Positions 52,378 to 62,387 of a stretch of DNA of 64,000 nucleotides are shown piece by piece. The stretch comes from an uncultured delta proteobacterium. GTDB taxonomy: Bacteria; Desulfobacterota; Desulfarculia; JACQYL01; CAWGVV01. The stretch spans positions 54,729 to 118,728 of the forward strand of contig CAWGFI010000007.1 of NCBI GenBank assembly GCA_963821845.1, given 5' to 3'. The translations under genes and the position numbers were made by a program. The notes beneath the pieces were generated by a model. That model searched no databases and had not been told where the DNA came from. It saw nothing but the letters and a program-made list of their open reading frames with translations. The stretch's first letter is position 1. Each line of letters begins with the position of its first letter.

Positions 52378-52865
52378 AAAAAAACATCCCGGTCCTGTTA
52401 CTCGTAGAAGATAACCCTGACGACGTGGAACTTACCCGCGTGGCGCTGGACGATAGCAAGCTGGCGAATCTGCTGGTGGTGGTCCGCGACGGTCAGGAAG
52501 CCCTGGACTGGCTCTGGTGCGAAGGCGAGCACAAGGATCGTGACCCCTGCCAGGCCCCCTCGCTGGCGCTGCTCGACCTGAAACTGCCCAAGATAAGCGG
52601 GCTTGAAGTGCTCCGGCGGATGAGATCCGACCCGCGAACCAAATGTATCCCCGTGGTTATTCTGACCTCTTCGCGGGAAGAACAGGATCTCATAGGCGGG
52701 TACAAGATGGGCGCCAACAGCTATATTCAGAAGCCGGTCGACTATCAGCAATTTGTCGAGGCAATCAAGCAGCTCGGGGTCTATTGGATGGTTCTGAATG
52801 AACCGCCGCCGTGCGAAACAGGAGCAAAAACGTATGTCTACACCCATACGCCTTCTTCTGATTGA
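52374..52865 (+). CDS. Single-domain response regulator (Rcp1-like)
   Basis: GTG start overlapping kinase stop; LLVEDNPDD, LLDLKLPK, ANSYIQKPV. Confidence 0.9.
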   Translation: MKKNIPVLLLVEDNPDDVELTRVALDDSKLANLLVVVRDGQEALDWLWCEGEHKDRDPCQAPSLALLDLKLPKISGLEVLRRMRSDPRTKCIPVVILTSSREEQDLIGGYKMGANSYIQKPVDYQQFVEAIKQLGVYWMVLNEPPPCETGAKTYVYTHTPSSD

Positions 52866-54432
52866 GGATAATGACGATGACGCGGCTCTGATTCAGGCGT
52901 TTCTGGAGGAGGGCGGCTTTACGCCCGAAATCCGCCGTGTCCAGACCAGGGAAACCATTCGCGATGCGCTCTCCCGGGGTCCCTGGGACGCGGTCATATC
53001 GGATTACGATCTGCCCGGCTTCGACGGTTTGCAAGCGCTGGCTCTGGCCAAGGAATCGGATGGCGATACGCCTTTTATCATGATCTCCGGGGCCGTGGGT
53101 GAAGAGTTCATCGTGGAAGCCATGCGCGCCGGGGCCCAGGATTTCATATCCAAGGATCATCTGGTGCGGCTCGCGTCGTCTATCAATCGCGAGCTGATCG
53201 AAACCGAAAACCGCCGGGCTCGCCGGCGCGCCGAGCAGGCGCTGGCGGACGAATTGAAGATTCGGTCCACCTTGAACGAGCTGTATCAGCCGCTGATTTC
53301 CCCTTCTTCCAACATGGAAAGCATCGCCCTGGAAGTCCTGAACCGGGCCGGGCTGCTGACCGGCAGTCCGCATGGCTTTGTTTCGACTATCGATCCGATT
53401 AGCCGCGAAAGTATCTGCTATTTCTCGCCCGAAATGCTTCCGGAGGAATGCGACTTTGAAAAAGACCAGCGGAAAAGGTTCGCCGGTGGCGAAGAGGGTC
53501 GATGTCCGGGCCTTTGGGGGTATGCGCTCGATACCGGGAAGACTTTTTTCACCAACGATCCTTCATCCTTCCCGAACAGAACCCCGTCCCCTCCGGGCCA
53601 CGTCCCCATGGAACGATTCCTGTCCGCGCCGGTGAAGCTTGGCGAAGAGTTGGTCGGCCAGATAGCGCTGGCCAACAAGTCCGGCGATTATACGGATCAG
53701 GACGCGGAAGTCCTCCAGCGGGTGGCTCACTACTACGCCCTGGCCATTCAACGGATCAGGAACGAGGACCGGATCAGAGCCTCCCTCAAGGAAAAGGAAG
53801 TGCTCTTGCAGGAGATCCATCACCGAGTTAAAAACAATCTGGCCATCATTATCAGCCTGCTCAACCTCCAGGCCAACCACCTGCGCGACGAACGGGTGAG
53901 GGACGCGTTTCAGGATTGCCAGACCCGTATCCGATCCATGGCCCTGATTCACGAAACCCTGTATCAGTCGGCCAACCTGGCCGAACTGGACCTGGGGCAA
54001 TATATCAGAAACCTGGTGAAAACGCTGTCCGCCGCCTATCCGAACAGCTCTTCGCGCCTGGACTTCGAAATAAAGTCGGACAAAATAAACCTGCCCCTGG
54101 ATTATACGATCCCCTGCGGTTTGATTCTCAACGAGCTTATTTCCAACTCCATCAAGCATGGGTTCCCGACGGGAAACCGGGGCAGGATCGTGGTGACCGC
54201 GCAACAGCAGGACGATGAGATCGCGCTGATCGTGAGTGACAACGGAGTCGGTTTTCCTTCGGATATGGACACCGAGCATTCCAAGACGCTGGGCATGAAC
54301 CTGGTGGCCAAACTGGGCGAAGTGCAGCTCAAGGGCAAGATGGAATTGGGCGGGGAAAGCGGCGCCAAGGTAACCGTACGCTTTAAACGTCCGGAAAGCG
54401 GACCCAGCCGCGGATATAAAAACGGGGATTAG
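52834..54432 (+). CDS. Receiver-GAF-HisKA_2 histidine kinase
   Basis: LLIEDNDDD receiver, GAF, EIHHRVKNN, ELISNSIKHGF, DNGVG. Confidence 0.9.
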   Translation: MSTPIRLLLIEDNDDDAALIQAFLEEGGFTPEIRRVQTRETIRDALSRGPWDAVISDYDLPGFDGLQALALAKESDGDTPFIMISGAVGEEFIVEAMRAGAQDFISKDHLVRLASSINRELIETENRRARRRAEQALADELKIRSTLNELYQPLISPSSNMESIALEVLNRAGLLTGSPHGFVSTIDPISRESICYFSPEMLPEECDFEKDQRKRFAGGEEGRCPGLWGYALDTGKTFFTNDPSSFPNRTPSPPGHVPMERFLSAPVKLGEELVGQIALANKSGDYTDQDAEVLQRVAHYYALAIQRIRNEDRIRASLKEKEVLLQEIHHRVKNNLAIIISLLNLQANHLRDERVRDAFQDCQTRIRSMALIHETLYQSANLAELDLGQYIRNLVKTLSAAYPNSSSRLDFEIKSDKINLPLDYTIPCGLILNELISNSIKHGFPTGNRGRIVVTAQQQDDEIALIVSDNGVGFPSDMDTEHSKTLGMNLVAKLGEVQLKGKMELGGESGAKVTVRFKRPESGPSRGYKNGD

Positions 54433-54544
54433 CGAGAGGCGTGAGGCGCGCCTAGTCAGGATTAGACCACGTAGGGCAGGTGGAGCCGCCAGGCGAAACC
54501 CGCCAAATAAAGGCCGAAGGCCGACCGATTTGGAATCTTAATTT

Positions 54545-55147
54545 CTGGATCCCCCGGTCAAGCCGGGGGATGACGAAAAAAAGACTGGATACCCCGGTCA
54601 AAAAAGGACTGGATACTCCGGTCAATAACCATTCAGGCCGGCAAGGTCATGACAAGTTAAAACCTGGATACCCCGGTCGGGGCCGGGGGATGACGAGGTG
54701 GCTGTTGGTTTCACGCCCCTATTTTGAAATATTCGTCATCCCTCGGGTTTTAATATTCGTCGCCCCGCGACTTGATCGCGGGGTCCAGAATTGGCCGAAT
54801 ATTTGAATAACCTGGATCCCCCGGTCAAGCCGGGGGATGACGAAAAAAGGACTGGATACCCCGGTCAAAAAAGGACTGGATACTCCGGTCAATAACCATT
54901 CAGGCCGGCAAGGTCATGACAAGTTAAAACCTGGATACCCCGGTCGGGGCCGGGGTATGACGAGGTGGCTGTTAGCCGACATACCCGGCTTTAAATTTTC
55001 ACCCTCCTGGTCTTTAAACATTCATTGTCTTCGGTTTTTCAAGTATGCCTCGGCTCTTAAATATTCGTCATGTCGCAGCTCTTAAATATTCGTCATGCCT
55101 CGGACTTTAAAATATTCGTCATCCTCCGGCTTGACCGGGGGATCCAG
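54545..55147. repeat. Composite CGTC palindrome array, left flank of GIY-YIG gene 1
   Basis: Full palindromes near 54545, 54663, 54757, 54812, 54930 and 55117; block 54545-54705 is duplicated at 54812-54972. Confidence 0.93.
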
Positions 55148-55432
55148 TCATAAAATAGTATCATATAAGTCCGTCCAGTCAGGATTCCCGTGTTCAATCA
55201 ATTCCACCTTCCATGCTCTTTTCCACTTCTTTAACCTTTTCTCCCGCTGGATGGCCGAAGCCATAGTGGCGTGCAGTTCGTACCACATCAATTGGTGAAG
55301 GTCGTACCGTTTAGTGAACCCGTCTACCACGCCGTTTTTATGTTCCCACACTCTCTTGATTAAATTCGAAGTCACACCGACGTAAAGGGCGCCGTTTCTC
55401 TTGTTAGTCATGAGGTAGACCGCAGGTTGCAT
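55148..55432 (-). CDS. Small GIY-YIG nuclease (URI/COG2827-like), copy 1
   Basis: AVYLM...LYVGVT, conserved Arg (KRVWEH), Glu (AIQREK), Asn (GNP); 94 aa from ATG at 55432. Confidence 0.93.
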   Translation of the reverse strand: MQPAVYLMTNKRNGALYVGVTSNLIKRVWEHKNGVVDGFTKRYDLHQLMWYELHATMASAIQREKRLKKWKRAWKVELIEHGNPDWTDLYDTIL

Positions 55433-55468
55433 AATCAAGGCTTATCTTATTAGAATACTTAGAATAAC

Positions 55469-55872
55469 CTGGATACCCCGGTCGGGGCCGGGGGATGACG
55501 AAAAAAGGACTGGATACCCCGGTCAATAACCGTGCAGGTCGGCAAGGTCATGACAAGTTAAAACCTGGATCCCCCGGTCAAGCCGGAGGATGACGAGGTG
55601 GTTGTTGGTCGTTATGCGGCTATCTGGAATACTCGTCATGCTTCGGGCCTTAATACTCGTCATGCTTTGGGCCTTAATACTCGTCATGCCTTTGGGCCTT
55701 AATACTCGTCATGCCTCAGGCCTTAGTATTCGTTATGCCTCAGGCCTTAATACTCGTTATGCCTCAGGCCTTAGTATTCGTCGCTCCCCCGATCACTCAA
55801 TAATTCGTCATCCCCCGGCTTGACCGGGGGATCCAGGCTTAGCCGAATACCTGAAGAACCTGGATACCTCGG
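55469..55872. repeat. Composite CGTC palindrome array, right flank of GIY-YIG gene 1, with a six-copy 24-nt tandem at 55628-55772
   Basis: Palindromes at 55469-55500, 55564-55595 and 55806-55836; unit AATACTCGTCATGCCTCAGGCCTT. Confidence 0.93.
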
Positions 55873-55881
55873 GGGGAGTCT

Positions 55882-58272
55882 CTATTTCTCAGGTGTCCTT
55901 AACGCTTTTTTAAATTTTGCCGGGTCGAACCGTATGAGGAAGGAGGTTCCCTGGTTCCGGCTCACATCCAGCGAGCCCTTGAGTTGTCGCTCGATCAGGC
56001 TCACCACCAGTTGCAACCCCAGTTTGCCCGTATTTCGAATGTCCACGTCCGCCGGAAGGCCCACGCCGTTGTCGCTCACTTCCAGCTCCACCTCGCTCTC
56101 GCCGACGGCGCGGCCCCGTATGGTTATCTCGCCCTCGAAAGCGGATGGAAAGGCGTGTTTAAGCGAGTTGGAAATAAGCTCGTTCAGGACCAGTCCGCAG
56201 GGGACCATGCAGTCGGCCGGCAACAGGATCTGCTTGTCGATATCCATGTTCAGGCGCACCCCCCCCCGCACCTCCCCTCCCGAGGGGATTCCGTAGGCGC
56301 TCAGGAGCACATTGGCCAGGCTGCTTACATACTCCTTGAGATGCAGCCGCGAGAAATCCCTGGCCTGATACAGCGATTCGTGGATCAGCGCCATGGACTT
56401 GATCCGGGACTGGCAATCGCGAATGAAAACCTTGGCGTCTTTATCCGGCGCCTTGGCCATCTGCAGATTGAGCAGGCTGTTGATGACCGCCAGGTTGTTT
56501 TTCACGCGGTGGTGAATTTCTCCCAGCAGGGTTTCCCGTTCGGCAAGGGCGGCCCGGAGCTTTTCCTCGTCCTGCTTTTGCCGGGAAACGTCATGGATCA
56601 GCGTGAAATAGCCTTTCACCACTCCGTCATGATCGATAAACGGTATCAGGCTGGTGTTGACATATTTGGGCCCGGCTTTTTTGTAGGGCAAGACGCGTTC
56701 ATAGGCTGCTGGACGGCCTGAAAGCGCCTGGTCGACGTACCCGGAAATAACTTCATACGCCTCTTCGCCCGCGACCTCTCGCACGGTCTTGCCTTGAAGT
56801 TCCTCCACGGGCTGTCCGAACCAATGCTCATAGGCCTTGTTGACGATGACATACCGCTGGTCGCTGTCCACGAACGCCACCAGCGCGGGCAGGCCGTCGA
56901 TCAGCAGCCGCATTTGTTCGCGCTGTTCCCGCAGCGCCTCTTCGGCGGCCTTGCGTTTGGTAATGTCGTTGAAAAGAATGGCCACTTTCCGCTCTTCCGG
57001 CCGCCCCACGGGGAAGGCGTACAAATCGTACCACCGGTTGTCGAGATACTTGGCCGCGTTCGTGAACCGCTCCGGCTCGCCGGTCAGGGCGACGCGGCCG
57101 TAGGTTTCGAACCAGTGGTCCTCATGGTCCGGAACCAGCTCCCGCATTCGTTTCCCCACCGCGTCATGCAGTCCGGTCTGCGCGCCGAAGGCCGGATTCG
57201 TTTCCAGGAAGCGGAAGTCGATGGCGCGGTCACTCTCGTCAAAAAGCACCTCGACAATGCAGAACCCCTCGTCGATCTTCTCGAACAGCGTATAATAGCG
57301 CTCCTCGGTTCGCAGCAACGTTTCCTCGGCGGCCCTGCGGGCGGTCATGTCGATTATCGAGCCGATAACCTGCGTGACTCCGCCTTTGGGGCCCCGCGCG
57401 AAAACGGCGTTCCTGCTCATGACCCTGATCCAGCGGTCGTCGGCCGTCTTGAAACGGACCTCGAGTTCGAAAACGTCGTTTTCATCGGCTTTAACCAGGA
57501 GTCTTTGCTGCGCGTTCAGTCTGGGCCGGTCGTCGGGATGAAAAAGGCCGAAAAACCGCCGTTCGCTCATGGAGTTCAGCGTTTCCAGGGTGTACCCTGT
57601 AATGGCCGTGTACTGCGGATTGATGAAGACGACCTTGCTCGTGGTAAAATCGTAGATGAAAAGACCGCTCAGGGAGGACATCAGCGCCTTGTTGACAAAG
57701 GCCTCGCTTTCCCGCAAAGCCTCCTCGGCTCGCTTGCGAGCGGTAATGTCGACAAGGTTGACCCGAATCAGTTCTTTATTTTCGGCTACCGTCATGCCTT
57801 CCACGTGGAAGTAGCGGGCGCCGCCATCCCTGTCCCGTTTGATCAGCCTCACTTCGCATGAGTTTTTGGTCTGAGACTCATGGAGGCCGGTCAGGAGCGA
57901 GAGCCAGTTTTCCCGGTAATCCGCGTCCACGTATTGAGCGAACGTTCTATTGATCAGCCTTGCTCGTTCGATGCCCAGCAGGAGCGCGGCGGTCAGATTG
58001 GCTTCTTTGATTATCCCCGAGGCGTTCATGATAAGGTAGCCCACGGGCGCCAGTTCGAACAGATCGAAGTACTTGAGCCGCGATTCCTGCAAGTCTTCCT
58101 GGGCCTGCCGCAGCTCTTCGTTCTGCAGTTCGAGTTCCACCTGGTGAACCTCAAGCTCGTACACGATCTTTTCCACGTCGCTCCAGGGAATTTTTCTGAG
58201 GTCCGGCCTGGTCGAACGGGTTTTTAGTTTCTTTTCGGCCTTCCGGCGCAATCCATCGACTGGTTTTGTCAT
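55882..58272 (-). CDS. Multi-PAS HisKA_2 histidine kinase
   Basis: ELEVHQVELELQNEEL leader, four PAS-like repeats, EIHHRVKNN, ELISNSLKHAF. Confidence 0.9.
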   Translation of the reverse strand: MTKPVDGLRRKAEKKLKTRSTRPDLRKIPWSDVEKIVYELEVHQVELELQNEELRQAQEDLQESRLKYFDLFELAPVGYLIMNASGIIKEANLTAALLLGIERARLINRTFAQYVDADYRENWLSLLTGLHESQTKNSCEVRLIKRDRDGGARYFHVEGMTVAENKELIRVNLVDITARKRAEEALRESEAFVNKALMSSLSGLFIYDFTTSKVVFINPQYTAITGYTLETLNSMSERRFFGLFHPDDRPRLNAQQRLLVKADENDVFELEVRFKTADDRWIRVMSRNAVFARGPKGGVTQVIGSIIDMTARRAAEETLLRTEERYYTLFEKIDEGFCIVEVLFDESDRAIDFRFLETNPAFGAQTGLHDAVGKRMRELVPDHEDHWFETYGRVALTGEPERFTNAAKYLDNRWYDLYAFPVGRPEERKVAILFNDITKRKAAEEALREQREQMRLLIDGLPALVAFVDSDQRYVIVNKAYEHWFGQPVEELQGKTVREVAGEEAYEVISGYVDQALSGRPAAYERVLPYKKAGPKYVNTSLIPFIDHDGVVKGYFTLIHDVSRQKQDEEKLRAALAERETLLGEIHHRVKNNLAVINSLLNLQMAKAPDKDAKVFIRDCQSRIKSMALIHESLYQARDFSRLHLKEYVSSLANVLLSAYGIPSGGEVRGGVRLNMDIDKQILLPADCMVPCGLVLNELISNSLKHAFPSAFEGEITIRGRAVGESEVELEVSDNGVGLPADVDIRNTGKLGLQLVVSLIERQLKGSLDVSRNQGTSFLIRFDPAKFKKALRTPEK

Positions 58273-58548
58273 CTGCCTACCTTTGAGTTTGCTTGCTCGG
58301 GGCTCCAAGTCCTATAAGTTCATTCAATGGAGAGAGATTCTGCAAGCAAGCCATGGGTGGAAAGAACAGTCGCCTTGCAGATCTATCAGTATACCGAATT
58401 TTTCGGCCTAATCAAAGGCTGTTGCTTTTTTTATCACCGCCCTGTCGCGGAATTCGGAATATTTTTCCTTTTATTCCCGCCAAGATTGAGGAGATACGTT
58501 CTTTTCCGGGGACGCAAGACTGAATTTATGTTTATGTTCTTCTCTTTT

Positions 58549-59361
58549 CCGGACCCCGCGATCAAGTCGCGGGGCGACGAAGTGGGAACGCGTTTGCGAT
58601 TCATTCTTTACTTGGGCGTTTCTCCGATCCAGCCCTTTTTCCTGGACCCCGCGATCAAGTCGCGGGGCGACGGTGATGAACGTCTGTGCCGTTCTGCGCG
58701 CTGTCTGCTCCTTGTAACCTGAACTGGTTTTCACTATCCCCAATTTTTCATGCCCAGTAATGCTTCCCCTCCTCGTCATTCCGCGACTTGATCGCGGAAT
58801 CCAGGCGATTTTATTCTTCATTTACCAATCGACTACATATTGAAATTCAACGACAAATATCCGGATATAAATCCTGCCAACAGGGATTACCACGTTCGAT
58901 TAGTTCCAGTTTCCAGGCTCTTTTCCACTCCTTCAATCGTTTCTCCCGCTGAATGGCTGTTTCCATGGTAGCATGGATTTCATACCAGACGAGTCGATGA
59001 GTATCGTAACGGTTAGTAAATCCCTCTACCACGTGATTCTTGTGTTCCCATATTCTCTTAATTAAATTCGAGGTTACACCCACATAAAGTGTGCCGTTTC
59101 GTCTGTTTGCCAGTATGTATACCGCCGGTTGCTTATACATTGCCCTTTTTCTGGACCCCGCGATCAAGTCGCGGGGCGACGAAAGTGAATACTCGGGATT
59201 AATATTTCCTTTTCCTTAAAAATGCGCGGAACTGTCGAATACTTCAGTCCGCTCCTTCCCGACAATTTATTGGACTTCCCCCCTTCGTCATTCCGCATGG
59301 TATGGAACTCGCCGCCCAACCGCCCCCCCTCGTCATTCCGCGGCTTGACCGCGGAATCCAG
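58549..59361. mobile_element. Putative GIY-YIG/CGTC-palindrome element 2
   Basis: Palindromes at 58549-58579, 58642-58672, 58774-58804, 59151-59181 and 59331-59361 surround the nuclease gene; mobility is inferred. Confidence 0.55.
58847..59140 (-). CDS. Small GIY-YIG nuclease, copy 2
   Basis: AVYIL...LYVGVT, same catalytic residues; about 75% identical to copy 1 by manual alignment (23 differences in 93 positions). Confidence 0.93.
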   Translation of the reverse strand: MYKQPAVYILANRRNGTLYVGVTSNLIKRIWEHKNHVVEGFTNRYDTHRLVWYEIHATMETAIQREKRLKEWKRAWKLELIERGNPCWQDLYPDICR

Positions 59362-59398
59362 GGGATTTCCTTCTCATTGACCGAGGGCGCGCTATCTC

Positions 59399-62387
59399 TC
59401 ACTTCATGTTGGTCACGTCTTCGATAGCCAGCAGGATCAAGTCCCGGGTTTCATCCGTGGCGCCCATCCGCCGGCCGTTCAGGATCATCCTTTTTATTCC
59501 AATGGAAGGGAACTCATGCCTGACTTCAAAGTCCTCGAAGGATTGATCGTGGGAAAGGATATCTTCCAGCGCCGTTCGCAAATCGGGTATGTCCCACTGC
59601 CGGTTTCCCAGATCGTAGATCTCTGACCCCCGTGGTATTCTTGGGAGACACTTTAAATTTTGTATAAAAAGAACGGTTGGCCGAGAGAACCTTCAAATCC
59701 TTGTCGAGCACCAGTAACGGTTCGCGCAGGGTATTGACGATAGTTTCGTTGAGCAGAATTTCGTTCAATTTCCGAGTGGACTGTTTCTGTTCGGTTATAT
59801 CCAGAAAAGTAATCACCGCCCCGTCTATGGAATCTTCAGCCGTGCGGTAGGGAGAGACGCGCATGGAGTACCACGTGTTTTCCCGGGTCTTCACCTCCGC
59901 CTTGATCTGCTGCAAGGTGGCTATCACCTTTTGGATGTCAACGAAAATGTTGTCATATTCCAGGTTGTGGGAAATATCGGTTATGGGGCGTCCCACGTCG
60001 GAGGGGATCAGGTTGAAAAGGTCGGCGGCTCTGACGGTAAAACGTTTGATGTGCAGATGGTTGTCCACGAATATGGTGGGCACGTCGATGCTGTCCAGCA
60101 GGTTCTTCATGTCATTGTTGGTCCTGGAGAATTCCTCTAATTTTCCCTGCAACTCGGAATTGACCGTTACCAGCTCTTCGTTCAGTGATTGCTGTTCTTC
60201 CTTGGATGTTTCCAGCTCCTCGTTCGCGCTTTGAAGCTCCTCGTTCGTGGATTGCAATTCCTCGTTTGATGACTTCAGCTCTTCGTTCGATGTTTCCAGC
60301 TCCTCGATGGTAACCTGCAAGCTGATCTTGGCTTCATCGAGTTCACGTTTCATCTGCCTTACCTGGTCGGTCGCATCGAAAGCGTCGATGACGGCGTCAT
60401 CCGATGGCGCCGTTTCATTCCGGGTCGCCGCCGGTTCGGTCTTTTCAAAAACCACCAGCATGAGCCCCCGCATGGATTCGGGCTCATCAAGGTATTTGAC
60501 GGTCATCTTCACGGTAATAAAACTGCCGTTGGTCTTGACCCGGATGTTCTCGCCGCAGGATTCATTTTTGTTGGACTTTGCCTTGCGCATGGCCGAGGAA
60601 GCTGCAACCGCAAACCTTCACGGGCCATTTCGATGATGTTGAATTTGGGCGACCCCTGGGGAGGCTCCAGAAACTCTCCGGTGCGGCCGTGGAGATGGAT
60701 GATATCCCCTTGCCGATTGATGAGCACGCTGGGAGGGACGAATTTTTCCAGCAGAAGCCGTTCCAGCGCCAGGGGAAGGGGAACGTTTTCCTTGGACCGT
60801 TTCTCCGGGACCGCGTTTCCCGATTTTTCGAACCGGCGGTAAGGGGAAAATCCACCAGGGATAGACCGGCGGTTATGGAATCCCTGCGAGAGTAGATTTT
60901 CCACTTTTTATCTTCGAGCCGGAAGAGATCGACGAATCCCCCGATGGTCTCGGAAGACCCCAGAAACAGGATTCCACCAGGTCTCAGGCTGTAATGAAAA
61001 AGAGGGATCAGTTTCTTCTGCAGTTCGGCTTTCAGATAGATCATGACATTGCGGCAGCAGATAAGATCAAGCCGGGTAAAGGGGGGATCCTTGATCAGAT
61101 TCTGCGACGCGAACACGACCGTCTCCCGGACTTCCTTTTTTATGCGATAGTTCCCGTTTTCTTTTACCAGGAAACGCTCGAGCCGATCCGGTTTCACGTC
61201 GGCGCGATCACCGACGGATAAACTCCCGCCCGCGCTATATCGATGGCGTTGGTGTCGATGTCCGTGGCGAAGATCTGAACCTCGAATTCCTTGTTCATCG
61301 TTTTCATGATGTCATGGATGGCCATGGCCACGGAATAGGCCTCCTCGCCGGTGGAACAGCCGGGAACCCATACCCTGACCTGCTCGCCCTCCGCCTTTTT
61401 CTCCAACAGGGCGGGCAGGGGGCGTTTTTCCAGCGCCTCGAAGGCCTCGGGGTCCCGGAAAAAATTGGTGACGCCGATGAGCAGCTCCCTGAACAGAAGA
61501 TCCACTTCCTGCGGATTGTGCTGCAGAAAGCGCACATAAAGGTCGAGGTTGTCTAGCTGATGGATGACCATGCGGCGATCGATGCGCCTGAGGATAGTGT
61601 TTTCCTTATACTGGGAAAAATCGTGCCCCGTCCTGGCCCTGACGATTACGCATACCCTGCCGAGCGCGTCCTCCACGTGTCCGTCCGGAGGAAGCTTTTC
61701 GGTTATTTTCCGGACGGCGTGTTTGGCGTAAGCCAGCAGTTGCTCGGGCATCTTGTCCGGAGGCAGCACGTAATCGACCAGGCCGGAGGTGATAGCGTTG
61801 AGCGGCATGCTGTCATACCGGGCGGAGGCGGGCTCCTGGACCATGGCCATGCCCAGTTCCGCTTTTATCGCCTTCAGACCCAGCGACCCGTCGCTTCCCA
61901 TGCCCGAAATCACGACGCAGATGGCTTTTTCCCGCCGGTCCTGCGCCAGGGAACGAAAGAAGGAATCGATGGGGGCCCGTATCCCCTGCCGCTGAACCAC
62001 TTCCAGGAGCGTGAGGGCGCCGTTCAGGACGGCCATGTCCTTATCCGGGATCGTGACATACACGGTATTGGGTTCTATACGCAAACCGTCCCGAGCCGGT
62101 ATGACCCTCATTATGGTATGCCGCTGAATCAATTCCGGCAGTATGCTGGCGTGCTGGGGGTCCAGATGGGAAATCAGAATAAAGGCCATGCCGCTGTCGG
62201 AAGGCATGCTATCGAAGAAAGCCTCGAAGGCTTCGAGACCGCCCGCCGAGGCGCCGATTCCCACGACATAGAAGGAATTTCGATCGACTAAACCCTGATC
62301 GTCCACTTTTACCAGCGCCTTGGTGGTGTTTTCGACCGTTTCACCGGAGGGTTTCTTCGAGTTATGTTCTTTCCGAGGTTTCGGCAT
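59399..62387 (-). CDS. CheB-CheR-PAS fusion protein, about four frameshifts
   Basis: VVGIGASAGG, SHLDP, SGMGSDG (CheB); IGVTNFFRD, GCSTGEEAYS, ATDID, CRNVMIY (CheR); ELQSTNEELQSANEELET coiled coil; PAS. Confidence 0.88.

Noticed and set aside
55628-55800. CRISPR array
   Set aside because: The 24-nt units are head-to-tail with no unique spacers, and no cas genes are in the window.
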